Of a stretch of 64,000 nucleotides of DNA, positions 26,073 to 38,036 are shown one piece after another. This DNA comes from Kondoa subrosea (taxonomy: Eukaryota), in assembly GCA_039545335.1 (NCBI GenBank), contig BCIN01000008.1:62001-126000 (forward strand), written 5' to 3'. A program made the translations under genes and the position numbers. The stretch's first letter is position 1. Each line of letters begins with the position of its first letter. A model generated the notes under the pieces. It was not told where the DNA came from. It worked only from the letters and a program-made list of their open reading frames with translations, and ran no database searches.

Positions 26073-27564
26073 TCATGGTAGTTGAGTTGTTTCTATGTTT
26101 GCGCTTTCTCTATTTGCACGGTCTTCCCTTTCCTTTTCTCCAGCTCTTCTTATTGCCCAACTTAGATCGTAAGTTTCCATTGCGTCAGCATATGTGCAAG
26201 CCGGGTTCCCTTGTATCAGAGAATCTAGTTGTGTTTGGAAAGGATCATCATTTTCGAAGACAATCATTTCTGTCCGAGCTTCTTATTGATAATTGATCTG
26301 TCTGCTTAAAACTAGCGACACACCTGCTTCTGCCTGTCCTGGCTGCCTGATATATAGCCTCGGAGAATTGTCATAGCAATGCGTTATCTTGAACGTGTAG
26401 CCATCACAGATTATCTCAAACTAGATCAAATCTCAACCATCAATTGCGATGATATGGAACGCTATTTACCTCAGTATCGTATGTTGTACCGTGAAGAGCT
26501 ATTGCATGGACCAGCGATCCAACAGCACCAGATTGATACGTCCAGACTGCATTTGTTAACCTGGGTAATCGGTCCTCAGGCGGTATTGATTCTTCATCAA
26601 AGCGCAGAGCAGACAGTTTACCAGGCGGATCTGAATGCTCTACTGTGTGTGTCCGGACGGAAGATAGATCTACGCTGCCGCCAAACAGAAGAGAAAGGCT
26701 GAGTAGATGGGTAGCTTGTTCGACAATAGCTGTGGAGAGATGTTTATTCATGTTCCGATGTACTAAGGAGTGTACTAACGCCCGCAAGAGATTCTTTTGT
26801 TCCACCAAGCAGGTTTCCTTGCCCATTCGTAGGCCATATAAAATCTGAAGGGACATTAGAGCAATTGCTTGCTCAAGACAAGACAGGCAAACCTCGCTTG
26901 CGTACTCATCACCAGTAATCCCTTTTGCTGAATAATTTCTTTGACTCGAGCCACGGCTTTGAGAGCTCTCAACATATAACCGACCGCGATAATAGCACCA
27001 GAATTGGCCAAAGCTGCTGCAACCGTGAGTTGACCAGAGCCAGGCGGGAGAGCTGATATTGGTTTCTCGATCAGCCATCGTTCAGCTCGGGCGAAGATAG
27101 ACAATAAAGATAATTCCAGGTCAGCCGGCGGAGAAGAAGAGCCGCGAAAGTGAGGTGGAACGCCAACGATCAGAAGTTGAATAGTCTGAGTAGCAGGAAG
27201 AAGGACATCTTGCGCAGAGGAACAAATCTGTGTAGAAGCATAGCCAGCAGCGCCTGCGGCTATTTGCTCTGCTTTGCGCAAAGAAGCTCTTGCGATATCC
27301 GGATCAACAATGGCAAGTACATTCAGTCGATCGCCCAAAGCTCTAAAGGAAATGAGGATAGCAGGAGACAGTGATGCGAAAGAGCTACCGCGTCAAACGA
27401 AGGGAATGATCCCAAGGACCTTCAGGCGATCCAAACATGACCTAGCGGAGGGCTGTAAGCCATATGCTAGTAGAGAACAGAGACTGTGCAGCTACTTCGC
27501 CAGAACCTATCAAAATCACATTGAAGAGAAGTTTCGTAGCAGGTACGTCAGAGCCGTGAAACAT
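26073..27564 (-). CDS. Gfo/Idh/MocA family NAD-binding oxidoreductase
   Basis: VILIGSGEVMFGSPEGPWDHS, VGVPPHFRG, LIEKP, VGYMLR, IVEQATH and CTYADAMETYDLSWAIR. Confidence 0.88.
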
Positions 27565-27790
27565 CGTTCTCGACAGTCAATTCTTCAGGCAGGCTGTAAC
27601 ACTGCCGTTGTTGGAGCTCAAGTGAACGGATATCGTTGCTTTGTAGCGAGAGTAATACGCGAGAGAGTGTCCCAGGACAGCAGACTTCAACTATACGTGG
27701 ATTGGTGTACTACATGTAGCAAAAGATGGTATTACAACAGCATAAGAGAGAATCGCATAGCCCTGTCCAGCCTGGGCGGCTCAACATCCT

Positions 27791-28366
27791 TTACGAGCGA
27801 GATGTTGGACCGAAGAACTGCTGACGCTTTGATGGCGGAGGTCCATTACGATAGGCCACGCTTGGTACTTGAGCGCTTCGCAGGTCGTCTACGGTACGAC
27901 CAGATGACGAATTCTTCGCATGTTGCGATCGCTGGTCCCGGCCAGCAATTTCCGCTTCATGTTTAGCTTTGTAGAGGTCTGCTGCGTTCTCCCGGCTCTG
28001 CTGCTTCTGCTTCAAGATACCCAACTTCTCCCCTCTCCAATAGGACTTAGATGGTGACTGGGCGATGTTCAATGTTCGCAGGTAGCTAGTAGAAGGTTGA
28101 CTTGATCCAGGCATTGCCTCGTTTTGGGGAGGGGATCGAGCCAGAGGAGTTTGAATCTCGCTCCTCATAGTAGTACCAGGGCCGTTTTTGGCAGGATAGG
28201 CCATAGGAGGATATTGTCTGTTCTCATGAAAGGGCAGTAAGATGGGCTTTTTCGGCTGACGCTCTTGCATGATTTGCTCCTCCCATAGACGGTTCTGCTC
28301 TTCTCTCTGGCGCCTCTCTTGTTTCTTCATAAAGTGTTCAACGTTTCCTCGAATTGAGTCGCTCAT
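27791..28366 (-). CDS. Hypothetical low-complexity protein
   Basis: Single ORF from ATG 28366 (MSDSIRGNVEHF...), preceded by a pyrimidine-rich leader. No recognisable domain. Confidence 0.5.
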   Translation of the reverse strand: MSDSIRGNVEHFMKKQERRQREEQNRLWEEQIMQERQPKKPILLPFHENRQYPPMAYPAKNGPGTTMRSEIQTPLARSPPQNEAMPGSSQPSTSYLRTLNIAQSPSKSYWRGEKLGILKQKQQSRENAADLYKAKHEAEIAGRDQRSQHAKNSSSGRTVDDLRSAQVPSVAYRNGPPPSKRQQFFGPTSRS

Positions 28367-28661
28367 CTTTGAACAAATAAGGTAATAAAATGAAGTTGAA
28401 TGTTGAAGGGGGAGAAATAAGCTAACAAGATGCAGTTGACTGTTGAAGAAGAAGGAAGATAGAGACGAGTAGCTTAAGACCATGCACAGCCGTCTTTTGT
28501 GGCTAATTGAATGGTTCAAAGGGGAAACCTCGAAGGGTGAATAGATGAAGACCAGGCGTAGTGCACTATTCTGTACTGATCCATACTGCCCTGGGATCTA
28601 TTGATATCAGATCGTCAGCGTAGCCTTATTCTCCTAAGAATGGCTTACCTGTTTCCTTTTT

Positions 28662-30178
28662 TTATACCTCCAGACTATCATAGACATGAATCAACCCTTC
28701 CGCAACTTCACATAGCTCATGAGCAGCTTTGGCATATTCGCTAGTCGGTGGATTGAACATTACAGCATTAGCGAAGATGACGAGTAATTCCTTCCTGAAT
28801 TCCGCGCTGTTGGTAATTTGACTGTCTCGAACTTTCTTGCCCACAGTTTTCAGATCCATTGGTCTGAGTATAAGAGAATGATAGCCTGGTGCTTCTGTTT
28901 CTCTGACTGGTGCTAAAAAGATAGAAGCTCTTGGATCGGCTTGGATCTGAGAAAGGATTTGTAAGATTGAAGTACGGAATTTCTTCAGCGAAGCTTTTTC
29001 TTCCGCTGTCAGAATAGTTGGTGTTGGTGCTGGTGACATAGTAGATTCGACATCTTCTGTTTTGACTCGTTTGCGAGCATTGCCTACTGGTGCTGGTGAT
29101 TCTCGATCTGTAGCTGGAGTAGCTGTACGTTTTCGCTTTCGATCTGCTGCAGCGGCGGCTGTACGTTTGAAATCAACCAAGTAGCACAAATGTGCAACCA
29201 TGATCCCAAACCGCACCTTTCGTTCCCTTTCGCGCTTTCTTTGCAATCGGTACTTCCTCAGTTTCCTCTTCAGCGGCGACTGAAAGTGTTCCAGCCTCTT
29301 CCACTTCTTCTTCCATGATTGTTTCCGGAGCCTCACTTTTATCCCTCTCGTCTTGTTTAGCTGAAGAAGCTCTTGCAGATCTTCTTTTTGGTGCCGTAGC
29401 GGCTTTCTTTCCTTTTCGTTTGGAGACTGGTGGATCGTCCAGGATCATAGCCGATTCAGCTTCCGGTTCTTCTGGTACGACAGGTAAAGAAGTAGAAGAT
29501 TCAGCTTGCAATTGTTCTTCCGCTGCGTTTTCTTCTGCTTTAGCTTGTTCTTCAATTTCAACACCGGCTTGATCGGAAATCGCTTGCAGTTCAGCTTCGG
29601 TTGGAGGATTAGCTGCTGCTTGAGCTACTTCGGCTGCTATTCGATCATCCCAAATCCCGGCTTTAATCTCTTCTATCTCACGGTATAATGTCCTGTCAGC
29701 AGCAATGACTTCATCAGCTTCTGAAGGAAAAGAAGCGTAAGAAGACAAATTTCTACTGACTTGAAAGTTTCTTCTTCTGCTGCTATTTGAGCTCGAAGTT
29801 CGTAAACTCGAGTCATGAAATGTTTCCTTGCCAGAGTAACGTGTTGTTTGGCTTTAGGTTTCGCTCCTTCAGGGTAACCGTCCGTCCTGCTCAGCCCAAA
29901 CAGAGACAGAAATAAGGAATACGGAAGAGAAGAGAAGGCAGGAATGAGACGGACATGTCTGCATCTATTTCACTCATGAATTGCTTGTATGTTGACTGAG
30001 CCAGAGCTTGATCTTGTAGCCTGGTCTTGTCAAGCAAAGGATGATTCGCCAGCGCTTCGCAGATAGTCTCCCATTGCGTGTTGCCGTGCTCATGAATCAA
30101 TTGTACTAGGAGCATACATTCTGTAGCTGTCAGATCAGGTATCGCAGCCTTTGCAGTGGTATCTTTATCAGAGGACAT
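28662..30178 (-). CDS. Bromodomain protein with N-terminal Myb/SANT-like region (BRD8-like)
   Basis: ECMLLVQLIHEHGNTQWETICEALANHPLL, coiled coil EIKAGIWD, and bromodomain IFLAPVRETEAPGYHSLILRPMDLKTV...FANAVMFN. Confidence 0.88.
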
Positions 30179-30351
30179 GGCCGTTCACCGAATTTAACTG
30201 AACCCTTGCTCTTCAAGAAACGTTGACTACTCGATTTGACTTCTGTAAGTATGCCTGCATTGCGCTATAGTACGCTGCTGAGCGCGTCTGCCTTTCCTAT
30301 TCCCTTCTATCTCCTACTCGAACCCTTGCATCATAACCTCTGCTAATACTT

Positions 30352-30364
30352 CCGAACGTGTCCG
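30352..30364. promoter_or_regulatory. CCG-N7-CCG (reverse CGG-N7-CGG) AOX-induction-motif-like site
   Basis: CCG AACGTGT CCG, about 100 nt upstream of the AOX ATG. It matches the Neurospora AIM bound by AOD2/AOD5 and the Aspergillus AcuK/AcuM site. Confidence 0.55.
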
Positions 30365-30466
30365 TCCGAAGGCCTTCCTGCTTCTCTCTTTGCCCAGCTT
30401 ACGGTTGTAGCCACCTCGTGTGACATATATTTGCCTTGCACTCTCTAGTCAACTACCAACCGATCA

Positions 30467-32307
30467 ATGACTTTAACTTTACAATCATCTGCCTTTGCGC
30501 TTAAGCGTACTCTACCTTGCACTGCTCGTCTAGCTTGTCGCTGCTATAGCTCAAGTGAAGGGCCACATATTAATGGTTAGTCTAGTCCTCCTCGACCTTT
30601 CTCGTCGCTCACTTGACAACGAGATCAGACTCCAAGAAACCTCTTGTCGTTACACGAAAGAAGATTCCAGATACTGTACACACTCACGAACGTTGGACTC
30701 TAATCTCTCCTACTTACACTCCAGAAGAATTGAAAGCCGTTAAAGTAGTACATCGACCTAATATAGAAACTAAAGATTATATCGCTTCTGCTTTGGTAGC
30801 TAGCGCTAGATTCGTCTTCGATTTAGCTACTAGGTATAAACAATACACTCCTAAACCTGAAGAAAAAGGATTGTCCTTGGAGGAGTTGAGGAGGAGGAAA
30901 CTGGTCATGACAGAGAAAGATTGGTTGGCTGTGAGTTTTCGCTTTGAGATTGTTGGTAGATGATAGAAGCTGATGTACAAGATAACAGAGAGCTTTGTTC
31001 TTGGAATCTATTGCGGGAGTACCTGGTTCTGCAGCTAGTGTAAGTAACTCTTTGAGAATGTTGTCAGATCAACTCCTGAAACATTTGCTGATAGGTTCTT
31101 CGACATCTTAAATCGCTCAGAACATTGAAACGTGATGGAGGTTGGATTCATGTTAGTCTTTATGCCGATCATTGATATTGCGAAAAGGCTGATATTACCG
31201 ATGTAGACTCTTCTGTCTGGTCAGCTTCTCGTTCATACTTGCCCCATGTGGCCAAATTACTGAAGCTCTGTGTAACAGAGGCTGAGAACGAGCGAATGCA
31301 TCGTTAGTATTCTTCATCCTATCTGACAATGGCTTGACCTGTGTTTTCCTTCTCTCCCAGTCATGAGTGAGTAGTAACAGCTGTGATCTCCTACTTTCCG
31401 CTGATTTCCGTTGGCAGCATTCATGAAGCTCAGACAACCAGGGCCCTTTTTGCGCGCAATGATCTTCGCGTAAGCCTGTTTGTCTTATTCATCATGAATA
31501 TTGCTTATAATATCTACAGCGCTCAAGGCATCTTCTTCAATGTGCGTCTTCCATAAATTACACGCTTTACATTGTGACAGCTCTGATACATTGGTTGTCG
31601 ATCCTGCAGGCCTTTTTCTTCACCTACCTCATCTCACCTCGATCTTGTCATCGATTCGTTGGCAAGCTGGAAGAAGAAGCTGTTCATACCTAGTACGTCT
31701 CCATGCATCATATCTGCGCGCCCCGAGACTTATAACATATGGCTTTAGTACAATGATGATCAGGGAGATTGAGGAAGGTCGATTGCCAGAGTGGGAAGGA
31801 GTTGGAGCACCTCAGATTGGTGAATTTCGTCAGGTCTGCCGTTTGGACGGAGGCTGATTAGGTTGCCGAACAGCTCTGGATTATTGGCGATTAGGCAAAG
31901 ACGGAACTCTGCTCGATGTGAGCTTTCTGTTCCCGTACTGCCTTCGCGTCCAAGCTGATGTTCTCATCCTGCACAGATGATCTACGCTATTCGTGCAGAC
32001 GAAAGTCAACATCGATTCGTAAACCATTCTTTGGCCAGTAAGCTACGTTTGTATTTCGATATTCATCTCCGATAACATCGACTATTTCAGACCTGAAAGA
32101 CAAAGATGCTTTGAATCCTTTCGCTCTTCGTGAACCGGGCGCAGTCATTCGAGGTACCGTGGCTGGCTTTACTGAGGTCGGTGCTGCCCTTCTTCGCAAC
32201 CCCAAGCTGTTGCCAATTATCTTCTTTCGCAGGAGGAATCGCGAGAATGGCATAACAAAACTGAAGAAGAAGCAAAACGAATGCTTGAAGAGAAAGTTTC
32301 GGCTTGA
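30467..32307 (+). CDS. AOX1: Mitochondrial alternative oxidase
   Basis: Presequence-like N-terminus; LESIAGVPG, EAENERMHLMTF, HRFVGKLEEEAVHTY and IRADESQHRFVNH di-iron motifs. Many introns, including 13-nt and 6-nt microexons. Confidence 0.96.
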
Positions 32308-32760
32308 TTGATGACGTTGATCGCTATCATGTGCATTCCCTGTTCTATAAAGTGTAAAATAGCTCCTCTTCGAATTCACTACTCTGCTTCCGCGACTGCG
32401 ATCCACAAGATGTTGCACAATCAAAGATACAGCTCTGAGAGCTGTAGCGAACTGAAGTTAATTCTTCAGCAGAGCTTGAATTGGTCAAATCAATATTCTG
32501 CAACTCAAAAACGTGCTCAATATAGCAAGAGCTGAATATCTATACAACAATGTTCCACGTGGTAGCCCACTATTAGCCCTGTCAGGAGACAGCTTGCGGC
32601 GTCTGCGATACATTCTTGCCTTGCTCTTGCTGAACATTTGCCAGATATTATATCCAGCCATTTTCCATTTTGGCATATTTTGTGTTAGAGGCTTGCTGTC
32701 TATGCTGTTTCTGTCTGATTCTTATTCTTCTCTTTCTGTACCTCTATCCTTCCTACCAAA

Positions 32761-34267
32761 ATGTCAACCATGATGCGAAATCTGACGGAAGACAGGGCTT
32801 TCTCCAGCCAAATGCATCAGAGGTCCCCTCTTCTGCGAACCAACAGCGCAGACCGCGTGCCACCTTACAATAGTCCAAGGCAAGCGCAATCTCCTCGTTT
32901 GCCTACTGTTCGACCAAGATCAAGAAGTTTTTCTACACCACCACCTCCTTACTCTCCTCGACCTTCCTGGATCTATACCTTAGCTTTTGCTTTAGCAAGT
33001 GGCGCTCTGATATACTTTCTGAGCGCCTTGATCCAATCGCAGCCAGGGCAGAAAGCAGTCAAGGCAAATGGGTGCGCCCAGTTATCTCATTTTGCCTTTC
33101 AAGCTAATCTCCTGACCAGACTTTGCAATCCGTTCGATCAGCAAGGCCATCTGATGGTAGATGCATATGAAGTACAAGACAACAGCTGGGTTCCTTTCGA
33201 CACCAGTTGCAAACCTTCTACCCTTGTCGACGATCTTCGTTCGTATCTACCCGATGCTTCTCACAACAAACCAAAAGACCTTCCTTTCCTCCATAACAAG
33301 ACCGTGGTTCTCATCGGCGACTCCGTAGAAAGACTTCAAGTCGATCAATTCTGTCAAATCGCCGGCGGATCTCTTGCAACGATATCTCCAGATCACCCAC
33401 TCGCAGCAGCCAACTACACTGAACTATTACCTTTCGAAGAATGGGGCAACGAGAATCCAACGGACGACGTTATCGAGCAGATCTATCCTCACGTTTGCTA
33501 TCTTGAGCAGTACAATTCCGTCATGGTTAGCCTTTACACATACGGGCTCTCGACACCCGAAGAATTCTCTCAAGGCAAACTCTATGAATCTCCGCTTTAC
33601 ATCGCACCAGCAGCTACGGAAGATCGCATTCAGTTCCTTCTTTTGCCATTGCTAGAGAAACTTGGCCGAGAACCAGACGTGATCGAATTCTCTTCAATTT
33701 ACAACGACGTTGCACATCTATCACAAGTCGACAAACTTCATCACGGCGGTATCGATACAGCAGCTTGGGCATCACTTTCAACTACGAAACTAGAACGTTA
33801 CGGTGAAGCTCTAGCAGAAGCGTTCTTGACTCTGGCGGAAATCTTTCCTGAAACTCAACGGATACTATGGCGATCTGCTCATCTACCTAAAGAAAACTCT
33901 GCGATTCCTTTTGAAAGAGTTGCTGCTTTAGATGCGGTTTCGGAGTACGTTGTCGGGAAGTTGCAATTGGCGCAAGAAAGCAAAAAGACATGGAAGAAAT
34001 GGGTCAATTCTTTTAGCAGACACTTTCATGTCAAAGTCGCGGAAGAGGAGGAGGAGAAATTGGAAAGCATTCTGGCTGGGAAGTTGAAGAAGAATCCTGT
34101 TGGGCATCTACTGAAAGGAATGGAGTGAGTCGACATCACTTCAATATGTCAGCTTGACTGATTGTCTGCCTAGGAAACATTACACTGATGAATTACATCC
34201 ATCTATCATGACTGGCGGAATGCTCTGGTCGAATATTCTGCTGCATGAAATGCAACAGCTGAAATGA
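32761..34267 (+). CDS. Second CAP64/CAS3-like SGNH-fold protein
   Basis: TM; LCNPFDQQG..WVPFDTSC, LHNKTVVLIGDSVER..FC and final exon YTDELHP (DxxH). Confidence 0.78.
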
Positions 34268-34342
34268 GGGAACAGGTTGTAAAGTCATTGGGTTGTATTT
34301 GAAGGCTGTAATATAAATATATAGTTGCATAAGGTTCTTTCC

Positions 34343-35614
34343 CTACTTCTTGCACGACAGTTCGACTATCTTTTCTACAAGTCGTTTCATATCTTCTGCT
34401 TTCTTCATACTCATTGCCAATACCTAATACGTTCATTAGCTCAAGACATATACTTGGAAAGCAAGGCGTACCTCTTCGTGATTCGCCATTTCCAGCTTTG
34501 GCTGTTCGATAGGTTTGCCTGCTAATTCTGCTTCCGCCGCTGCTCTTGCATCCCTATACGGAGCTGATATCACGCTGTTGGTGACGAGCGAAAGGACCAG
34601 AACTCGAATGCCCTATTGATCAATGAGACGACCGAGGGCACACGGTACTTAGAAGCAAACCATATGTCTAGCCGCAATTACTTCAGGAATAGTACTAGCG
34701 CCTGACATATCAGCGATCAGCAATCTATCAGTAGAAGAAGAACGCACGACATGCCGACTACATCAGCTCCAGCTGATTTCAGGAACTTGCCCTCTGCTGA
34801 ACTTTCATACGAAGGACCAGCTACCCAAGCGTAGGTGCCTTCCGTTAATGCTGAAGGAGAGAAAGAGAGTTTAGAGGAAGAGACAAAGGCGTTCTTGCGA
34901 AGTTCAAAGTCGTAGGCTATCTCCAAAGTGAGAATGGAACGAGATGAGGGAGATTGGTACTTACCATCTGACATAGGAGGGAAACGAGGTCCCAGAGAGG
35001 GATCGTTCGGCCCTATCAGAGGGTTCCAAGATGTCTGCAGATCATCAGCAGTCTTCAAGAGAATGACAGGATGAGATTGACCAGAGAAGCTAGAGACACG
35101 TGATCTCGCTAAACGCTAGAGCTGAGCGACAAATGCGTGCATGCATTGAAAGACTCACCAGCGCTACTATTGTACCAGGTTCCAGACCATCCCTTAGACC
35201 TCCAGCAGCGTTCGTAATGATTGTCATCTCCACACCCAATTGACCAAACACTCGCATAGGAAAAATGACATCCTCCATCGGATGACCTTCATAAGCATGA
35301 AACCTTCCCATTTGAGCGACTACTGGAATTCTGGCAGACGAAAGATAGCCAAATGCCAGAGTTGACGAATGCCCTTGAACAGTAGCTTTCGTGAATCCAA
35401 TTTCTGAATAGTCTACTAGTACTTTATCTTGAATCTGTTCTGCTAAGCCGGAAAGACCGCTATTATACTGTTGAGCTTATCATTCTCGAAGTGATGTTTG
35501 CGCGGCTTGCCTTCCGCAAACGATAGCTACGCGAGGCTTCTGAAGCTCTGCAGGTAGTTTGGCTAAGATTGAAGCCTTTGAGCTGGCTAAGCGCTCCTTG
35601 TAGCTTTCTGGCAT
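34343..35614 (-). CDS. PNP1: Purine nucleoside phosphorylase
   Basis: AIVCGSGLSGLA, GRFHAYEGH, IITNAAGGL, GPSYES, GADVVGMS and ANHEEVL. The first intron is GC-AG (35460-35510). Confidence 0.95.
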
Positions 35615-36518
35615 AATTGGATGGTAGATAATGGAAGACGTGCGTCGACGCGGAAGTTGTCAAAGGAGCTCGGGATAAGAAAAGCAGATACATGTGCCAC
35701 TGCTATTATCGAGTACATAAGCGCTACTTGGAGGGAACATGATCCTTCTATTTGTATTTACAATGCACTGCTGATCATACCAAGAGTCAAACTTCTAACT
35801 GTAAGAGCGATTAGTCCTGTCCCTCCTGCTCACTCAGGTTTTGAGCTCAGCATCCTCTATATACGAGCATCTATTCTTCTAGGATTTTCATCAGCAAGAC
35901 ACACGTTAGCTCTGCTACCCAAATCATTGTCTCTCGCATGGAAGGAGCCAGAGCCTCTCAATCAGAACGTAGAAGGCTGCATGAGCTTCTCAAAAGGATA
36001 GCAGAGATGGCTTCGCCTGATTCGACCGATTGATAACGGGGGCAGAGACAGCTCGAGCGACGGTTCTCAAGTTCCCAGCACGCGTGTCCTAAAGAAAAGG
36101 CAGAATACAGGACAAGAGCAAAGGATCGACAGTCCAGCAGCATCAAAAGATAGCATGGAGCTTGACAGACAGACAGAAAGGAGAACGAGGAATTGGCCGG
36201 GCTTATTGGAATCGAAAACAATAGACCTGGGCGCTAGTCTGGCATATAGGCGTAAAGCAACAACGAGAGGTGAAGGGACAGAGCAAGGATTAGCACAGCA
36301 TTGACACCATCGTTGGTTCCGGTCAACCTCACTTCCGCCTCCTCAGCCTCGCGACGTCTTCTGGGATCTTCTCAACTCTTTCTTGCCCCATTACTACCAA
36401 TTGTTGTCTGTTTCTGTCCGTCTACTTGAAGTTGTATTCCTCAGTCACTGCAAATAAGCCAGCTGGCTTCATTCCTTCCCTGTCGTTACTTGTTCAAACA
36501 AAATAGAATTCCACGAAA

Positions 36519-37331
36519 ATGGGTCGTCCTCTAGCCCCGCTCTACGCTACTTCATCAGACCAACCACAAGCTTCTACTTCAAATTTACCAGCAGCAGCAG
36601 CAGCAGCAGCCTCTTTCGATCCAGAATGTCATCTTTACTCTCAGAAACCTTTTGATCACGCTGCACCTTTAGGCGATGCAGTCATTTACGAAGCTGTCGT
36701 TTTACCTGGAATGGAGAATCAACCGTTGATGAGCAGCGCTTCAGTATCAGAGGAAGTAATGAGGATGCTTAGAGGGAATTATGAGCAACCGGATTTATCG
36801 CCCATGTCAGTAGTCCGCTTGCATCTACAGCAATGTCGGAATGCTTAAGATTGAAGTTACTTCTGACAGGCCCTTGGATGTATGCCCTACTTCACCACCT
36901 AATCTATTAGACGTGGATTCCTCTTCAGAAGAAGAAGGAGTTTTCGCTCAAGAAGAGGAAGAACCTGAAATTTCTCCATCTCCATCATCAGGCGTGTTTG
37001 TCCTTATTCCCTACCTTTATATTACTACCTCGTTTTAACTTTGACCTCTCTTTTGCTCTATAGGTTTCACGCTCATACTTTAGATCTACCACTTGAACTG
37101 CCAGCATCTAGAATCAGACGTCCTTCTTCTCATCATCAGAACCCAACATCAATATCAAGGGAATCCAATGTAGAAAGCGTAGCAAGCTCTATTGAAATTT
37201 TGCAAGAAGTGCACAGGAGGTTGGATGCTGTGGAAGGCAATACGGCTGCCCTGGAAAGGGATCAACAATCCATCTTGAACATGTTGAGGAATTTGGACGA
37301 GAGATCCGCAAGTAGAAGGCAAAGAAGATAA
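36519..37331 (+). CDS. Hypothetical protein with C-terminal coiled coil
   Basis: Three co-linear ORF segments joined by plausible short introns. No domain recognised. Confidence 0.55.
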
Positions 37332-37729
37332 GAGGAGGAGCTCCAACAGATCAATCAGATGAATCAGATGACGGTCTAGTTAAATTGCATGTATGAGATG
37401 GAGATCGGGTGGACATTCGGTTCAGGTTGCTGTGATAGACTATTGTTCATTTGTTGTACTTTCGATTCGCATGATAATCAGATAATCAGTTCAGTAACGC
37501 TATCGATTACGTGCGCTTAGCTTTGGGCAAAAGAAAGCACAATGAGAGTCAAGTAAATTGTACGCATGTGGAACAAGCTTTCGCATTCATTTTAAAACGT
37601 CTTTACGGCCCGTTCTAATGTTCAAACAACAAGATAAGAATTATCAGAAAAATGTAACCAGAATCTTTCTTTACATCCTCAATTGCTTATAAATTAGCAA
37701 AACAAGACGGAAACATTCAGAAAAGAGAA

Positions 37730-37909
37730 AGTTCCTGGTGGTTTGATTTTGCCTTTCTTTCCCCCGAAGATGCCATGTTCCCGTAGGATCAACCACCGGT
37801 GGATAGAAGGGCGTGTGTGTATCGTTTCTTGCTTCGTATTCCCCGACCGACGAAAGAGACTCTACTGAAGATGCAGAGCAGAACAGAAAACGGACAGGGT
37901 ATAACAAAG
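37730..37909 (+). ncRNA. Candidate H/ACA-like structured RNA
   Basis: TATAAA at 37688; 17-bp stem 37735-37752/37783-37799 with 4 G-U pairs (favouring the + strand); ANANNA box (ATAGAA, 37803-37808); a second imperfect hairpin; ACA at 37904-37906. Confidence 0.35.
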
Positions 37910-38036
37910 CAGATAGGCATCAACCAGGGTATAGGGTATATACATAGTAGAACAGGGCTTGAAGAATTTGCTGTAATCGAAGTATGCCGATTGCACTCTA
38001 ATAGTACAAAACATGCTGCAAGGCGAAAATGCAAAC

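Noticed and set aside
35830..35895. C/D-box-like CTGATGA...CTGA on the minus strand
   Set aside because: Too short, imperfect C box and no recognisable rRNA complementarity.
37728..37962. RNase MRP/P-like P4 pairing (AAGuUCCUG with CAGGGCUU)
   Set aside because: The conserved AC and terminal A of CR-V are missing, there is no room for P2/P3, and the 5' strand is sequestered in a stronger hairpin.
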